A stretch of 63,689 nt of DNA, counting the filler. It is 7 parts of 7 records of this genome, joined end to end, with 100 filler letters (N's around TTAATTAATTAA, not from the genome) between each part and the next. Parts side by side here need not be neighbours in the genome. Positions count along the whole stretch, not along the records: positions 27,788 to 39,089 come from SRR31147125_15555; positions 39,190 to 46,287 come from SRR31147125_15575; 5 more parts are not named here. One strand, 5' to 3'. This document shows positions 30,148 through 40,794 of this stretch, in pieces. Positions within the stretch are counted from its first letter, which is position 1. Each line of letters opens with the position of its first letter. The notes beneath the pieces are model-generated. The model was not told the origin of the DNA. It did not search any database and saw nothing but the letters and a program-made list of their open reading frames with translations. The position numbers and the translations under genes were made by a program.

Positions 30148-31931
30148 TTAACCTATCCTTGACGATTTTATTAGCTCCTCAAACGCCTTAGCAGCTTTGG
30201 GAGTATATTTATCCGTTATATAATAAATATCCATTGTATCAAAGCTCCCTACTCTCCCCTTTACATATAGCTTACCTCTTTGTCTAATCTCTTCCTTTTC
30301 TCCCAGCCAAATTGAAGGAATGGCAAATGTTTTGTTAATATTCTTTATTATATCTTTTTCTTTCAAAGACAAAGCACTGTATTCTTCACTAAATATCATA
30401 TATACTTCTCTAAGTTTATTTTCTATATCTTTACTAAGCATTGCATGGCTATAACTTATGCACGTTACATATTCTATAGGCACATATTCATAGTATTTAT
30501 CTGCATAGCCAGATAACGATTTAATTTGCAATTCAATATTTCTTAAAAGCACTTGGTTTTCAACATCATATTCAGCATAAACAGGAACAATTTTATACAT
30601 TGATTTTCCAGATTTAAAATTAAACTTAATTGTCAGACTATAATATTTACCGCTGCAATTTTCACCAATTTCGTAGTCTCCAATGCTTATATTGTAGTTA
30701 TTAACCAGTTCATTAATTATTTCTTTATCCTTTATTTCATAATTACTTGCAATATATTCACCATAGGATATTTCATCATCTTTATTAAATATGGAAACTA
30801 CTTCCCCATTGGTAATTACATTTATACTTTCTACTTGCTCTGAAATAATTTTATCCTCTTTTTCATTAAGTAAATATTCTTGAACAGCCAAGTTTGCACC
30901 TCCAGCTAAAATAACTAAAGCTAAAAATACCCATATGCACCTATTGTTTCTTCTAATTCTCTTATGAACAAAAATGTCATACGAAAACACCAACACTAAG
31001 CCTGCAACAAGCAAAGTTATTAATGAAATAATATCTCCAGAATCTGCATCTCCCACAAATAAACCATATTCTCTAGATTTATTTACAGCTGTATATATTA
31101 TTGCAAAAGGTACTATTGACATTACAATATAGTGAACAAGCTTATTTTTAGTGTGTTCCCCGGTCAGTTCTCCGCTTCTTTTTTATACAAGAAATAGCCT
31201 GCAAATAAATATAATAAAGCCAATATCAAGGAAACTATCATAGCTGGTATATATCTAGAAAAGTCAATCATGGAAGTAGAAAAAAACATATTTACCATGA
31301 TAGATAGAGAAGGTTTAAATAAATACACTTCATTCCCAGTAGCCGTAACCCTATCAACAAATGTATAATACCTGCTTATTGGAACAAACAGAGGAAGTAT
31401 AAATATGCCTAACGATAAAATTGCAAAAGACAACTGCTGTCCCGTTATAGTTGCTGTAAAGAAAACTATACCTATGATTATTAAGGAGCCTATAGCTGCG
31501 TTAATAAATCTTATCAGTATATCGCTAACATAAGAAAGTTGCCCTAAAGATTCTATTGATAATAATATACCTGCTGTAGTAATAACTAAAAGCAATCCAA
31601 CTTGCATACTAATAACCGCTAACACTTTAGATGCATATAATTTACCTTTTGTTACAGGAATCGAATATTCAAAATCAGTTCTCCTTCTATTACAAGTAAA
31701 TCTGACTGCCAAAATAGATAAAAATGTACTTCCACTTAGCATAATTATAATAAGTGTTACATCAGTAATGCTGTATACCAATGATTGGTAAGAATAACCA
31801 TATAAATCAATCTTAATAGCATTAGTATTAGCAAAAAGAATTATCATTCCACCAAATAATATTAAAATCGCCAAATAAATTAATTGCTTCAGAGTTTCTA
31901 AAAATACTCCTTTATCAAACAACTTCCTCAT
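30148..31931 (-). CDS. Paralogous ABC permease, apparent frameshift at ~31165-31185
   Basis: MRKLFDKGVF.ETLK.LIY and RTDFEYSIPVTKGKLY match the neighbouring permease; the 30148..31122 ORF matches its C-terminal half. Confidence 0.7.
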
Positions 31932-32835
31932 CCCTCGGCCTCCGCTCCCATTGATTACCATATCCTAATTTATTTAATTTAATCACAAATATCTCCTCAA
32001 TCGTAACAGGCAAAATTTCAACTAATATAGGGTTAAGCTTATTAACTTCATCTTTTATCTTTCCTGCATCACCCTTTGCAATTATAGTGTATATTTTTCC
32101 GCTGTATTCGAAGCTTTGTATGTCTATATCACTAAAGTCTTCTTCTGCAACTTTTTCATCAAATGCACATCTTATTTTTACTAAGCTAGACTTAAAATCA
32201 TCAATATTGCCTTGAAGAATAATCTTCCCATTATGAATCATAGACAGGCTATCACACATATCCTCCAATTCCTTTAATGAATGAGAAGTAATCACTGTTA
32301 CCATCTGCCTTTTTATAGTCTCATCAAAAATCAGCTTTTTTGCATTTATTCTCATTAAAGGGTCAAGTCCATCCAATGTCTCATCCAAAAGCATATATTT
32401 TGCATCACATGCTAGTGCTATTGACAAAAAAGCTTGTTTCTTCATCCCTTTAGACAGCTTTGCTATTCTAGTTTTCTTATCTAAATTAAATAAAGATAAT
32501 AATTTCTCGTATTTCACATTATTAAAATTCTTGTAAAACAACCTATACCTTTTCGCCATAGAATTTATAGTATCCGATGATTCATAAAACATATCATCAC
32601 TTAAAAACAATATATCAGGTGCATTATCCAGCTTGTTCCCCAAATCAACACCATCGTAGGATATGCTGCCTTCTTTTGCATCGTACACACCGCACATCAT
32701 TCTTAGCAATGTGGATTTCCCCGCACCATTGGAGCCTACAATCCCCAATATAGTACCGTCCTTTATTTCGCAGGATATGTTCTCCAACACCTTGTTTCCA
32801 TCAAACGATTTACTTATGTTCTTTATCTCAATCAT
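31915..32835 (-). CDS. ABC transporter ATP-binding protein (YtrB-like)
   Basis: GSNGAGKST, LSKGMKK signature, LLDE, SH switch. Confidence 0.92.
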   Translation of the reverse strand: MIEIKNISKSFDGNKVLENISCEIKDGTILGIVGSNGAGKSTLLRMMCGVYDAKEGSISYDGVDLGNKLDNAPDILFLSDDMFYESSDTINSMAKRYRLFYKNFNNVKYEKLLSLFNLDKKTRIAKLSKGMKKQAFLSIALACDAKYMLLDETLDGLDPLMRINAKKLIFDETIKRQMVTVITSHSLKELEDMCDSLSMIHNGKIILQGNIDDFKSSLVKIRCAFDEKVAEEDFSDIDIQSFEYSGKIYTIIAKGDAGKIKDEVNKLNPILVEILPVTIEEIFVIKLNKLGYGNQWERRPRDEEVV

Positions 32836-32836
32836 T

Positions 32837-33205
32837 TTATACCTCCTTATAAATCTCTTTAACTATTTTTACTATGTCATCCACACTGCTGCCGCTTTGC
32901 TTAGCATTTTTAATAATCTCTTTTAATCCTTTTAGGCTTTCCTGTTTCTTTTTTCTGATAATTCCCTTGGCCTCTTTTGTCACATACCTGCCGCTGCCTG
33001 GCACACTAATGCACAAATTTATATTCTCCATTTCAGAATATGCTCGCTGCAGTGTATTAGGATTTACCCCCAGCTCCTTTGCCAAAGCCCTTACAGATGG
33101 CAGCTTTTCTTCTGCCTTCAAAACTTCTGCAAATATCAGCTCTTCAAACTCAGATATTACCTGCAAATATATCGGCGTCGATGAATATTTATTTATAAAA
33201 AGCAT
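32837..33205 (-). CDS. GntR family regulator, YtrA subfamily
   Basis: PIYLQV, KLPSVRALAKELGVNPNTLQRAY, short C-terminus. Confidence 0.92.
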   Translation of the reverse strand: MLFINKYSSTPIYLQVISEFEELIFAEVLKAEEKLPSVRALAKELGVNPNTLQRAYSEMENINLCISVPGSGRYVTKEAKGIIRKKKQESLKGLKEIIKNAKQSGSSVDDIVKIVKEIYKEV

Positions 33206-33236
33206 TTCTACTCCTTTCGTCCGATTTGCATCGCAC

Positions 33237-33294
33237 TAAGTGTGTTAATTGTATTAATACACTTATATTCTACCACAATACTCCATTTTGTCAA
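33237..33294 (-). promoter_or_regulatory. SigA promoter with overlapping YtrA-type operator
   Basis: Minus-strand TTGACA-N16-TAGAAT with extended TG; palindrome TAAGTGTGTTAAT-TGT-ATTAATACACTTA (33237-65) fits AGTGTA-N13-TACACT. Confidence 0.75.
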
Positions 33295-33402
33295 CATTTT
33301 TCATGCCTACCCTTTTCCTACCCCTTCACAAAGTCAAAATATTATTGCCACAAAACTGACATAATGCTAGAATATAATTAACTAAAGGATGGTGAAAAGC
33401 AC

Positions 33403-34083
33403 ATGTACAATGTAAAAGTGCTTATTGCAGAGGATGAAAAAGCTCTGCGCGATATGATTGTAAAGTATTTAAAAAGACAAGGCTATACTCCTCTTGTTGC
33501 TAAAGATGGCAGGGAAGCTATAGAGATAGTAGAAAACGAAAATTTCGACCTTGCTATACTTGATGTAATGATGCCCTATAAGGACGGTTTCGAAGTGTGC
33601 GCTAATATTAGAGCTGCGCGTGAATCTGTCCCAATTATTATGCTTACTGCAAGAACCAGCACAGAGGATAAAATACAAGGTTTTGAATATGGTGCAAATC
33701 AATACGTACCAAAGCCATTCAGTATGAAAGAATTGATGGTACGAGTCAAGTCAGCATTAAAAAAACAAAATATCCAGGCAATAGATAAGGAAACTAATTT
33801 AGGATGTTTATATATAAATACGGGAGCACGAATAATAAAAGTGGATAACGAAATTATTGATCTTACACCCAGAGAATATGATTTGCTTATGTACCTAACA
33901 GATAATAAAGACCAAGCCTTGAGTCGAGAAATGATTCTAGAGCGTGTATGGGGATATGATTACGACTGTGATGAACGTACCGTTGATACATTTGTACAAA
34001 GACTTAGGCGTAAGCTAAAAGCTGCTGGAGATTATATTCATACAGTTAGGTCTATGGGATACAAATTCTACATTAAGGAATAA
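33403..34083 (+). CDS. OmpR/PhoB family response regulator
   Basis: AEDE, LDVMMP, MLTAR, KPFS, LTPREYDLL, RTVDT. Confidence 0.95.
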   Translation: MYNVKVLIAEDEKALRDMIVKYLKRQGYTPLVAKDGREAIEIVENENFDLAILDVMMPYKDGFEVCANIRAARESVPIIMLTARTSTEDKIQGFEYGANQYVPKPFSMKELMVRVKSALKKQNIQAIDKETNLGCLYINTGARIIKVDNEIIDLTPREYDLLMYLTDNKDQALSREMILERVWGYDYDCDERTVDTFVQRLRRKLKAAGDYIHTVRSMGYKFYIKE

Positions 34084-34086
34084 TTC

Positions 34087-35670
34087 ATGAACAAACAGAA
34101 GAAAATAAAGTTAATAAAATTCTTCAAGCTCCACAGTATCACCACGACGATGTTTTGGCTTAGTTTTGGCACAATTACGGTTGTGTTACTAATCGGCTTC
34201 CTAATAACAGGCGTTATAGCTCCTCGTGTATACAGCAATTCGGTAATAGATGAAATTGAAGATAACTTTATTGATACTCTAGAGTATTATGACATTACTA
34301 TAAAAGATATAGCTAAAAATCCTATAATTGAAATAATAATAAATGACTCTGCTCCTTTTTACATTCCTGATAATAATCAAATAATACCTCGACCGTCTGT
34401 AGATGATGGTTTTAAAGATAACGGAGATATATATATACAAACAGTAAATATAAATCACTTATTAAATGCCTTGGCTATGAGTCGTGGTGCAATGGTTGAA
34501 ATTAAAGATATGGATGATAATATAATTTATCAAACTCCAGAATGGTTTAAAAACAATGTGAAAGGCTTTAAGAACCAAAGTAATAACTCAGAATCATTTT
34601 TTCGAGGTCTGTTTCTAAAAGATTCTATTGAAGATAATGCTTGGATTACAAGAACTACTACCCTATCACAAGATGAAGATTATATACTTAATGTACGGCT
34701 CGATTTAAGTGCATTTAATCAAAATATATATATATTCAACAGAATATTCATATACATGCTTTCAGCAGCAGTAATGTTTGCCCTTATATTCTCTATTTTC
34801 CTGTCCTATATTGTTACAAAACCGCTAAAGGAATTAAAGAGCATAGCAGCTTCTATGGAGAATATGGACTTTTCCATTAGGTACACCAAAAACCGCGAAG
34901 ATGAAATTGGTCAGCTTGGCAAAACATTAAATCACATGATGGATAGATTAGGTACAACCATTAACAAGCTTCAAGCAGAACTTCAAAAGGAAAAAAGAAC
35001 CGATAAGCTTCGCAAAGAATTTGTAGCACAAGTCTCACATGAGCTAAAGACTCCAGTTGCCATAGTATCTAACTACACAGAAGCATTACTCGACGGGGTT
35101 GCAGATTCAAAAGAAGAACAAGATACATATCTAACGACTATAGAAAATGAATGCCACAAAATGGCTCACATTATTAACGACCTTCTGGATCTATCACAGA
35201 TGGAAGCAGGAACTTTCAATGTCAATAAATCAAAGTTTAAGTTTAATGATTTAATTGAGGATTTAATAAACAAATATGAAAACCTAATAAAGGGCAAATT
35301 TGAATTTATAACAGATATTAATATAAAATACACGGTAATGTTCGGAGATGAACTTAGAATAGAACAGGCAGTATCAAACCTTCTATCTAATGCTATTAAA
35401 CACACAAAAGAGGATGGATATATCAAGCTTTCTGCATCCAAAGAAAATAAAATGGTACATATACAAGTTGAAAACCAAGGCGATACTATTGATAAAAACC
35501 TACTGTTGCGTATTTGGGATTCTTTTGCAAAAGGTACTGATGAAAAAGGAGCGGGTTTAGGATTATCTATTACAAAGAATATTGTAGATATTCATAACGG
35601 CGAGTATTATGTTCAAAACCTAAACAATTCTGTAGTGTTTGGCATAAGACTACCAATAGTAACAATATAA
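34087..35670 (+). CDS. HAMP-domain sensor histidine kinase
   Basis: Two TMs, HAMP (DEIGQL), SHELKTP, NLLSNAIKH, GAGLGL. Confidence 0.93.
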   Translation: MNKQKKIKLIKFFKLHSITTTMFWLSFGTITVVLLIGFLITGVIAPRVYSNSVIDEIEDNFIDTLEYYDITIKDIAKNPIIEIIINDSAPFYIPDNNQIIPRPSVDDGFKDNGDIYIQTVNINHLLNALAMSRGAMVEIKDMDDNIIYQTPEWFKNNVKGFKNQSNNSESFFRGLFLKDSIEDNAWITRTTTLSQDEDYILNVRLDLSAFNQNIYIFNRIFIYMLSAAVMFALIFSIFLSYIVTKPLKELKSIAASMENMDFSIRYTKNREDEIGQLGKTLNHMMDRLGTTINKLQAELQKEKRTDKLRKEFVAQVSHELKTPVAIVSNYTEALLDGVADSKEEQDTYLTTIENECHKMAHIINDLLDLSQMEAGTFNVNKSKFKFNDLIEDLINKYENLIKGKFEFITDINIKYTVMFGDELRIEQAVSNLLSNAIKHTKEDGYIKLSASKENKMVHIQVENQGDTIDKNLLLRIWDSFAKGTDEKGAGLGLSITKNIVDIHNGEYYVQNLNNSVVFGIRLPIVTI

Positions 35671-35783
35671 AACTATAGTATCAGTTTTCAATAAACGATT
35701 ATAAATTGGTAAGATTTAGTTATAAATTATTTTATAGCTTTTTTTCATAATTTAAAATATAATTAGGAAGAGAGGTATAAAAT

Positions 35784-36839
35784 ATGTTGTTTCGTATATT
35801 ACGTATAATATTCACAGTGTTACTAGTCATTTTTCTGATAGGAACAGGCTCAATTGCTTTAGTTGCTTACTCTGTTCAGGAAGTTATTCTTGATAGTTCT
35901 TATTTTAGCGAGGACTTACTGTATTCGGGGGCATATACCAAATTCTTTAACTACATTTTAGATAATTCTTCTAAAGAGTCATCCATTGTATCTAACGCTA
36001 TAGAAGCTATTCCAGAGGAAATAATCAATTCAATAAAGCCAGCAATATTTTCAAGTTTAGCTGCAGATTATTCGTCTGACTGGATGGATTACTTGCTTGG
36101 TAAAATTCCATCAAATGAAATACCCCTTTTAAATTTTGCAGAACATACGGATACTATCTACCATTCAGCAATATTAGCTTCAGAAGATGAAGAATTTCTG
36201 CTTTCACTTTTATCTGATGTAATTGAGTCTAAAGGATATGATTTAGATAATTATACAAAAGAAGAACAACTTTCTTTACTTGAAACCTACAAAATTAAAA
36301 AGATTTACATAGAGTCTGTTGATAACGCTTTTACTGACGAAAATTCTTTCTTCTATAAAACAGCAATTGATAGGAATCCATTAGCTTTATTAAGCTATGC
36401 ATTACCGGAATTATCACAAGAAGAATTAATTTCGGATGTAAAAAGCAATCATGGTATACTATCTTATTACAAATCTATTGTATACTTAGTATTTGCTGGA
36501 ATGCTGGCATGTCTTGGTATAATCTTTATAATGTGGTTAAACTATTTAAAGGTGCCATTACTGACAAGCGGTATAATAACTATTCTTATATCACTGCCAG
36601 TATTTATTATATCATTTAGTAAAAATGCTTTTAATTCATTTATGCACATGTTAGAGCCACTTATACCTTTAACAATACCATCTTTTGAAACTATTGATTT
36701 TCACGGTAACTTTGCCATATGGCCAGTGGTTAACCATATGCTTACTGTATCAACAATCTCATTAATAGTAGGTGTATTATTTTTAGTAGGCGGCATATTG
36801 GCAGATAGCAAAAAGAAGAAACCTAAAAACACTTTCTAG
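35784..36839 (+). CDS. Hypothetical membrane protein
   Basis: 351-aa ORF with RBS, one N-terminal and three C-terminal TM segments. Confidence 0.65.
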   Translation: MLFRILRIIFTVLLVIFLIGTGSIALVAYSVQEVILDSSYFSEDLLYSGAYTKFFNYILDNSSKESSIVSNAIEAIPEEIINSIKPAIFSSLAADYSSDWMDYLLGKIPSNEIPLLNFAEHTDTIYHSAILASEDEEFLLSLLSDVIESKGYDLDNYTKEEQLSLLETYKIKKIYIESVDNAFTDENSFFYKTAIDRNPLALLSYALPELSQEELISDVKSNHGILSYYKSIVYLVFAGMLACLGIIFIMWLNYLKVPLLTSGIITILISLPVFIISFSKNAFNSFMHMLEPLIPLTIPSFETIDFHGNFAIWPVVNHMLTVSTISLIVGVLFLVGGILADSKKKKPKNTF

Positions 36840-36847
36840 GAATGGTA

Positions 36848-37807
36848 CTACATTCTCCTTAAATCATCACCTAAAATATGTATTAATGCAGTATTTTGGG
36901 TCGATGATATCCTTGAGAATATCCTGTATCCGTACCTTTCTTCCATCTTAGGAAGTGTAAGGTTGGTGCATATTATTGTGTGCTTTTTATTAGTGAGCCT
37001 GTATTCAATGATTTCATACAATGTTTCAACTGTGATATTCCTAAGTAACGGTTCTACACCTAAATCATCAATTATCATCAAGTCACATGATTTAAAAAGT
37101 TTAATTAAGGAATTATCCTTTTCATTTATTACTTTTAACATAGCTTCGTTAATCCCACCAGCTGTGGAGTTAACAACGCTATAGCCTTTTTCTATTACCT
37201 TATGAGCCATACAGTTTATCATGAAGCTTTTTCCCACTCCTGTTACACCAATAAACAATGTCTGTAGTTTATTAGTTTTCGGGAAAGTCTCGCACCATTT
37301 TATTGCTCTATTTTTTATATGTAAAATATGCTCTCTTTGAGTTCTTCCCTCTTTATCAATTTTCTTATCATTAGGGAATATATTTATATCAAAATTATCA
37401 AAAGTAACATCATCTATCAAGTTTTGGCTGGTTAACGCAGATTTTGTAACCCTATTAACAAGACAGTGACAAAATATCTTTTCTTTATCGCCTGTATATC
37501 CTGTATCCTTACAGTCACTACAAACATATTTTATTTGCAAATCCTTTTCATTGATATTGCTATTTTTACATGCGGTTTTTAATTTAGCATCGTATTGTTT
37601 TCTAGCCTTATTAAAATCTACACCTTTACCTTTTAGTTTTGCTATTGCATGGCTTGCTCTGGCTCTAGAATATTCCTCTCTGGCTTTTTTAAACTCTGGA
37701 TTTTCCATAATAAGCCTTTTTAAAAGCTCATTAACTCTCTTTTCTTCGTCCGATCTTCGGTTGCTATATTCTTCTAATATATTTCTTATATCAATTTTAC
37801 TTGCCAT
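36848..37807 (-). CDS. DnaC/IstB-like ATP-binding replication protein (helicase loader)
   Basis: CSDCKDTG..CHC Zn motif, GVTGVGKS, IIDDLG, TNL, RIFSRI, GDDLR. Confidence 0.88.
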   Translation of the reverse strand: MASKIDIRNILEEYSNRRSDEEKRVNELLKRLIMENPEFKKAREEYSRARASHAIAKLKGKGVDFNKARKQYDAKLKTACKNSNINEKDLQIKYVCSDCKDTGYTGDKEKIFCHCLVNRVTKSALTSQNLIDDVTFDNFDINIFPNDKKIDKEGRTQREHILHIKNRAIKWCETFPKTNKLQTLFIGVTGVGKSFMINCMAHKVIEKGYSVVNSTAGGINEAMLKVINEKDNSLIKLFKSCDLMIIDDLGVEPLLRNITVETLYEIIEYRLTNKKHTIICTNLTLPKMEERYGYRIFSRISSTQNTALIHILGDDLRRM

Positions 37808-37810
37808 TTT

Positions 37811-39089
37811 TTACATTTCCTCCATAGCTTGGAGTATGTCATTATAATCTTTCTCGGTATATCCATGGGATAGAACGCCATCATTCACTTTGCTCTTACT
37901 TGTAAACGACTTAACATTGCTACTTTTGTTATTAAGGATTGCATTAATATATGGTATCTTTTTATCAGCATTTACGGACTGTTTTGCTGCATTAAGAATA
38001 TCTTCGTGTGTTTTTCCTGATTCTATCCATTTAGCATAGGCTCTTTTTTCAGATAGATTAGCGGCTCTACTCTCTCCCAATGACATAATCATATCATTTG
38101 CGGCGATTGTTATTTTCGCTAAATCATCCAGCTTATCCATCATCATTTCATCGTCAATTATACCATCTTCTGCCCACTTGCTAACTATCTTATTCATGTC
38201 TTCCATACTTTGTAATCCATCTTGTTTTAAAGTCATAGCTACACGCAGCAATATTTTATGTGAAAATCCTAATTTTTTTATCTCTAAATACTCTTTTTCT
38301 ATATTCTGATCGTATTTTGATACGTTGTAGATTATTTTAGTTATCTCTTTTAATCTATCTGCAATTCCCATATGCTCTTGGAATTCTTCTATTGTACGAA
38401 TTCCTTTATTATGCCAGTTAGTTAGTATGCCGTCCAAATATTTAAATTTATTTCCGCCAATACCCACCATTTGCTTCCTAGCCTCTGTAATCACTGCTTC
38501 GTTCATTTCATATTTTTCAGTCCATTTTTTATACATAACTATCTCATCTACTGTAGCTACTCTATTTTCATTCCATGCCCTTAAAAGCTTTGTTGCACCA
38601 CTTTCTCTCGCACTGCTTAATATTAAATGATTTTCGGCTTTATTATAATTATCTATTCCGTTTTCATGCATTGAATGTATTACTTTATCAATATATGAAA
38701 AATGCACCCATCTTCCCTTGTTCTCAATGCACCACGCTACTACCAAAGCAATCATTTCTGGTGACCATTTTAGTGTTGTAGCCCAGTTAAGTACTTTTTT
38801 TGTATCAGATGTGTTTAGCAGTCTTCTTCCTCCAAATGACTGCTGAATTTGCATTATTAATTCCTGATTATTGTGCATTTCATTTTTCATCGGTTTTTCA
38901 TTTTGAAGCATCTGCTTAATATTTTTAACTCTTATACTGAATGGTCTGCGGCTTTCTATCTCTATTAAAGATAGCTGCGCCCAATAAACTAAAGCTTTTT
39001 TTACTTCGTCTTCGTCCATACCTAGCTCTTTTGCAAGGTCATTTGTGTCGTAATCATCATGTGGATAATAGCAAATATTAAGCAAAAAA
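37811..39089 (-). CDS. DnaD-domain replication protein, 5'-truncated
   Basis: Repeated DnaD motifs (SYIDKVI, KYLDGILTNW, PYINAILN), adjacent to the DnaC-like gene. Confidence 0.82.
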
Positions 39090-39189
39090 NNNNNNNNNNN
39101 NNNNNNNNNNNNNNNNNNNNNNNNNNNNNNNNNTTAATTAATTAANNNNNNNNNNNNNNNNNNNNNNNNNNNNNNNNNNNNNNNNNNNN
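39090..39189. other. Artificial contig linker
   Basis: N44-TTAATTAATTAA-N44. Confidence 0.99.
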
Positions 39190-40794
39190 AAAAGTGCCAA
39201 AGAATCCACAAATCATGATAATCTTGTGGATTCGATTGAATCGGTGCTTTCACGGATATTGATTAACGAGGATAATAATCACATAACCTCTATTAATTTG
39301 AGTACAACGCTCTGTACGAACGCAATTGTTGAAGGTAAAACAGAAGACATTGGCACATTGGTTACAGCAGGCCCTGGTATCCAACCGGATAATTTTCAAA
39401 TTGGAAGACAGTTTAAGACTATTCATGGTTCCATTGACCATCGGGGCAATGAAATTTTACATATTGATGCGGAGAAACTTTTTGACCATATTTATGATTT
39501 TTCCCAAAAAGGCATAAATGTGTTTGCCGTTATCGGTAAATTTTCGACAAGGAATCCCTCACATGAGAATATGATAGCAAAAGAGCTTATGCCAATGGCT
39601 GATTTTGTGACCTTGGGTCACCAGCTCTCCGGCCATTTGAATTTTCCCCGACGTGTCGCCACGGCTTATTTTAATTCTGCCACATGGCGGATTTACAATG
39701 TATTTGCCGATGCCATTGAAAAGAGTCTTCAGCGGAAAAAAATAACGTGCCCTGTTCGTATCCTTAAAGCGGATGGTGGAACTATTCCAATGAGTGTCTC
39801 CAGAAATTTACCTGTTCACACCATTCATTCCGGGCCTGCTGCCAGTGTCATGGGATGTCTTGCGGTAAATGAGATTGATGAGGATGCTATCATTATGGAT
39901 ATTGGAGGCACAACAACGGATTTGACTCTTTTTGCCGCCGGTACACCATTACTGGAAAAAGATGGTATAACCATTAATAAAAGGGCTACGTTGATTCGGG
40001 CTATAAAAACAAGGTCAATTGGTGTCGGGGGTGATTCTGTTATAAAGGTAGAAAAGGATCAGGTACAGGTGGGGCCTGATCGTTTTGGTCCGGCAATGGC
40101 TGTCGGAGGCGAGGTTCCGACTCTTATGGATGCCTTTAATACAAAGGGTATCATTGGTTTTGGATCTGTTGATCGTTCTAAAGCCGGCATCAATAAAGTG
40201 TCTCAAAAATACGATATGACAGCACCGATCCTTGCTGATCAAGCTATAAACTATTCAGTTCTAAAAATAAAAAAAACTGTAGAATCCATGCTGGAAGAAG
40301 TTAATGCGAAACCCGTTTATACAATTCATGAAATGCTTTATGGACACGACATCCAGCCACGGATTATCTATCTTATGGGTGGCCCATCAGAGGCATTTGC
40401 AGGTATTTTGGCCACAGTTTTTAATATGAAAGTGGTTGTTTCAAAATATCATCCGGTGGTGAATGCGATTGGTGCTGCGCTGACAAGAACGACGATGGAA
40501 CTTGAACTTTTAGCGGACACTGAAAAAGGACAAAAGTCAATTCCGTCATTGAATATTTTTGAAAAAATTGATTCAAATTATAATCTTGAAACGGCAAAAA
40601 AAGAAATAAAAACGATTTTATTAAATTATCTCAATACGATTGGTGTCGTGATAAGCGATGATCAGGTCGAAATTATGGAAGCAGAATCCTTCAATATGGT
40701 AAAGGGTTTTTATACGACCGGTAAGAATATTCGCGTAAAGTGCCAGGTAAAACCAGGACTTTATAGTAGACTTGGAGGCAAAGCTGAATGTTAA
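39190..40794 (+). CDS. Hydantoinase/oxoprolinase family protein, 5'-truncated
   Basis: STTLCTNA, KADGG, SGPAASV, DIGGTTTD, IGVGGDS, NAIGAA. Confidence 0.9.
   Translation, partial: KSAKESTNHDNLVDSIESVLSRILINEDNNHITSINLSTTLCTNAIVEGKTEDIGTLVTAGPGIQPDNFQIGRQFKTIHGSIDHRGNEILHIDAEKLFDHIYDFSQKGINVFAVIGKFSTRNPSHENMIAKELMPMADFVTLGHQLSGHLNFPRRVATAYFNSATWRIYNVFADAIEKSLQRKKITCPVRILKADGGTIPMSVSRNLPVHTIHSGPAASVMGCLAVNEIDEDAIIMDIGGTTTDLTLFAAGTPLLEKDGITINKRATLIRAIKTRSIGVGGDSVIKVEKDQVQVGPDRFGPAMAVGGEVPTLMDAFNTKGIIGFGSVDRSKAGINKVSQKYDMTAPILADQAINYSVLKIKKTVESMLEEVNAKPVYTIHEMLYGHDIQPRIIYLMGGPSEAFAGILATVFNMKVVVSKYHPVVNAIGAALTRTTMELELLADTEKGQKSIPSLNIFEKIDSNYNLETAKKEIKTILLNYLNTIGVVISDDQVEIMEAESFNMVKGFYTTGKNIRVKCQVKPGLYSRLGGKAEC

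Noticed and set aside
36848-37807. IS21 IstB transposition helper
   Set aside because: No IstA; Zn motif and DnaD neighbour indicate the chromosomal replication pair
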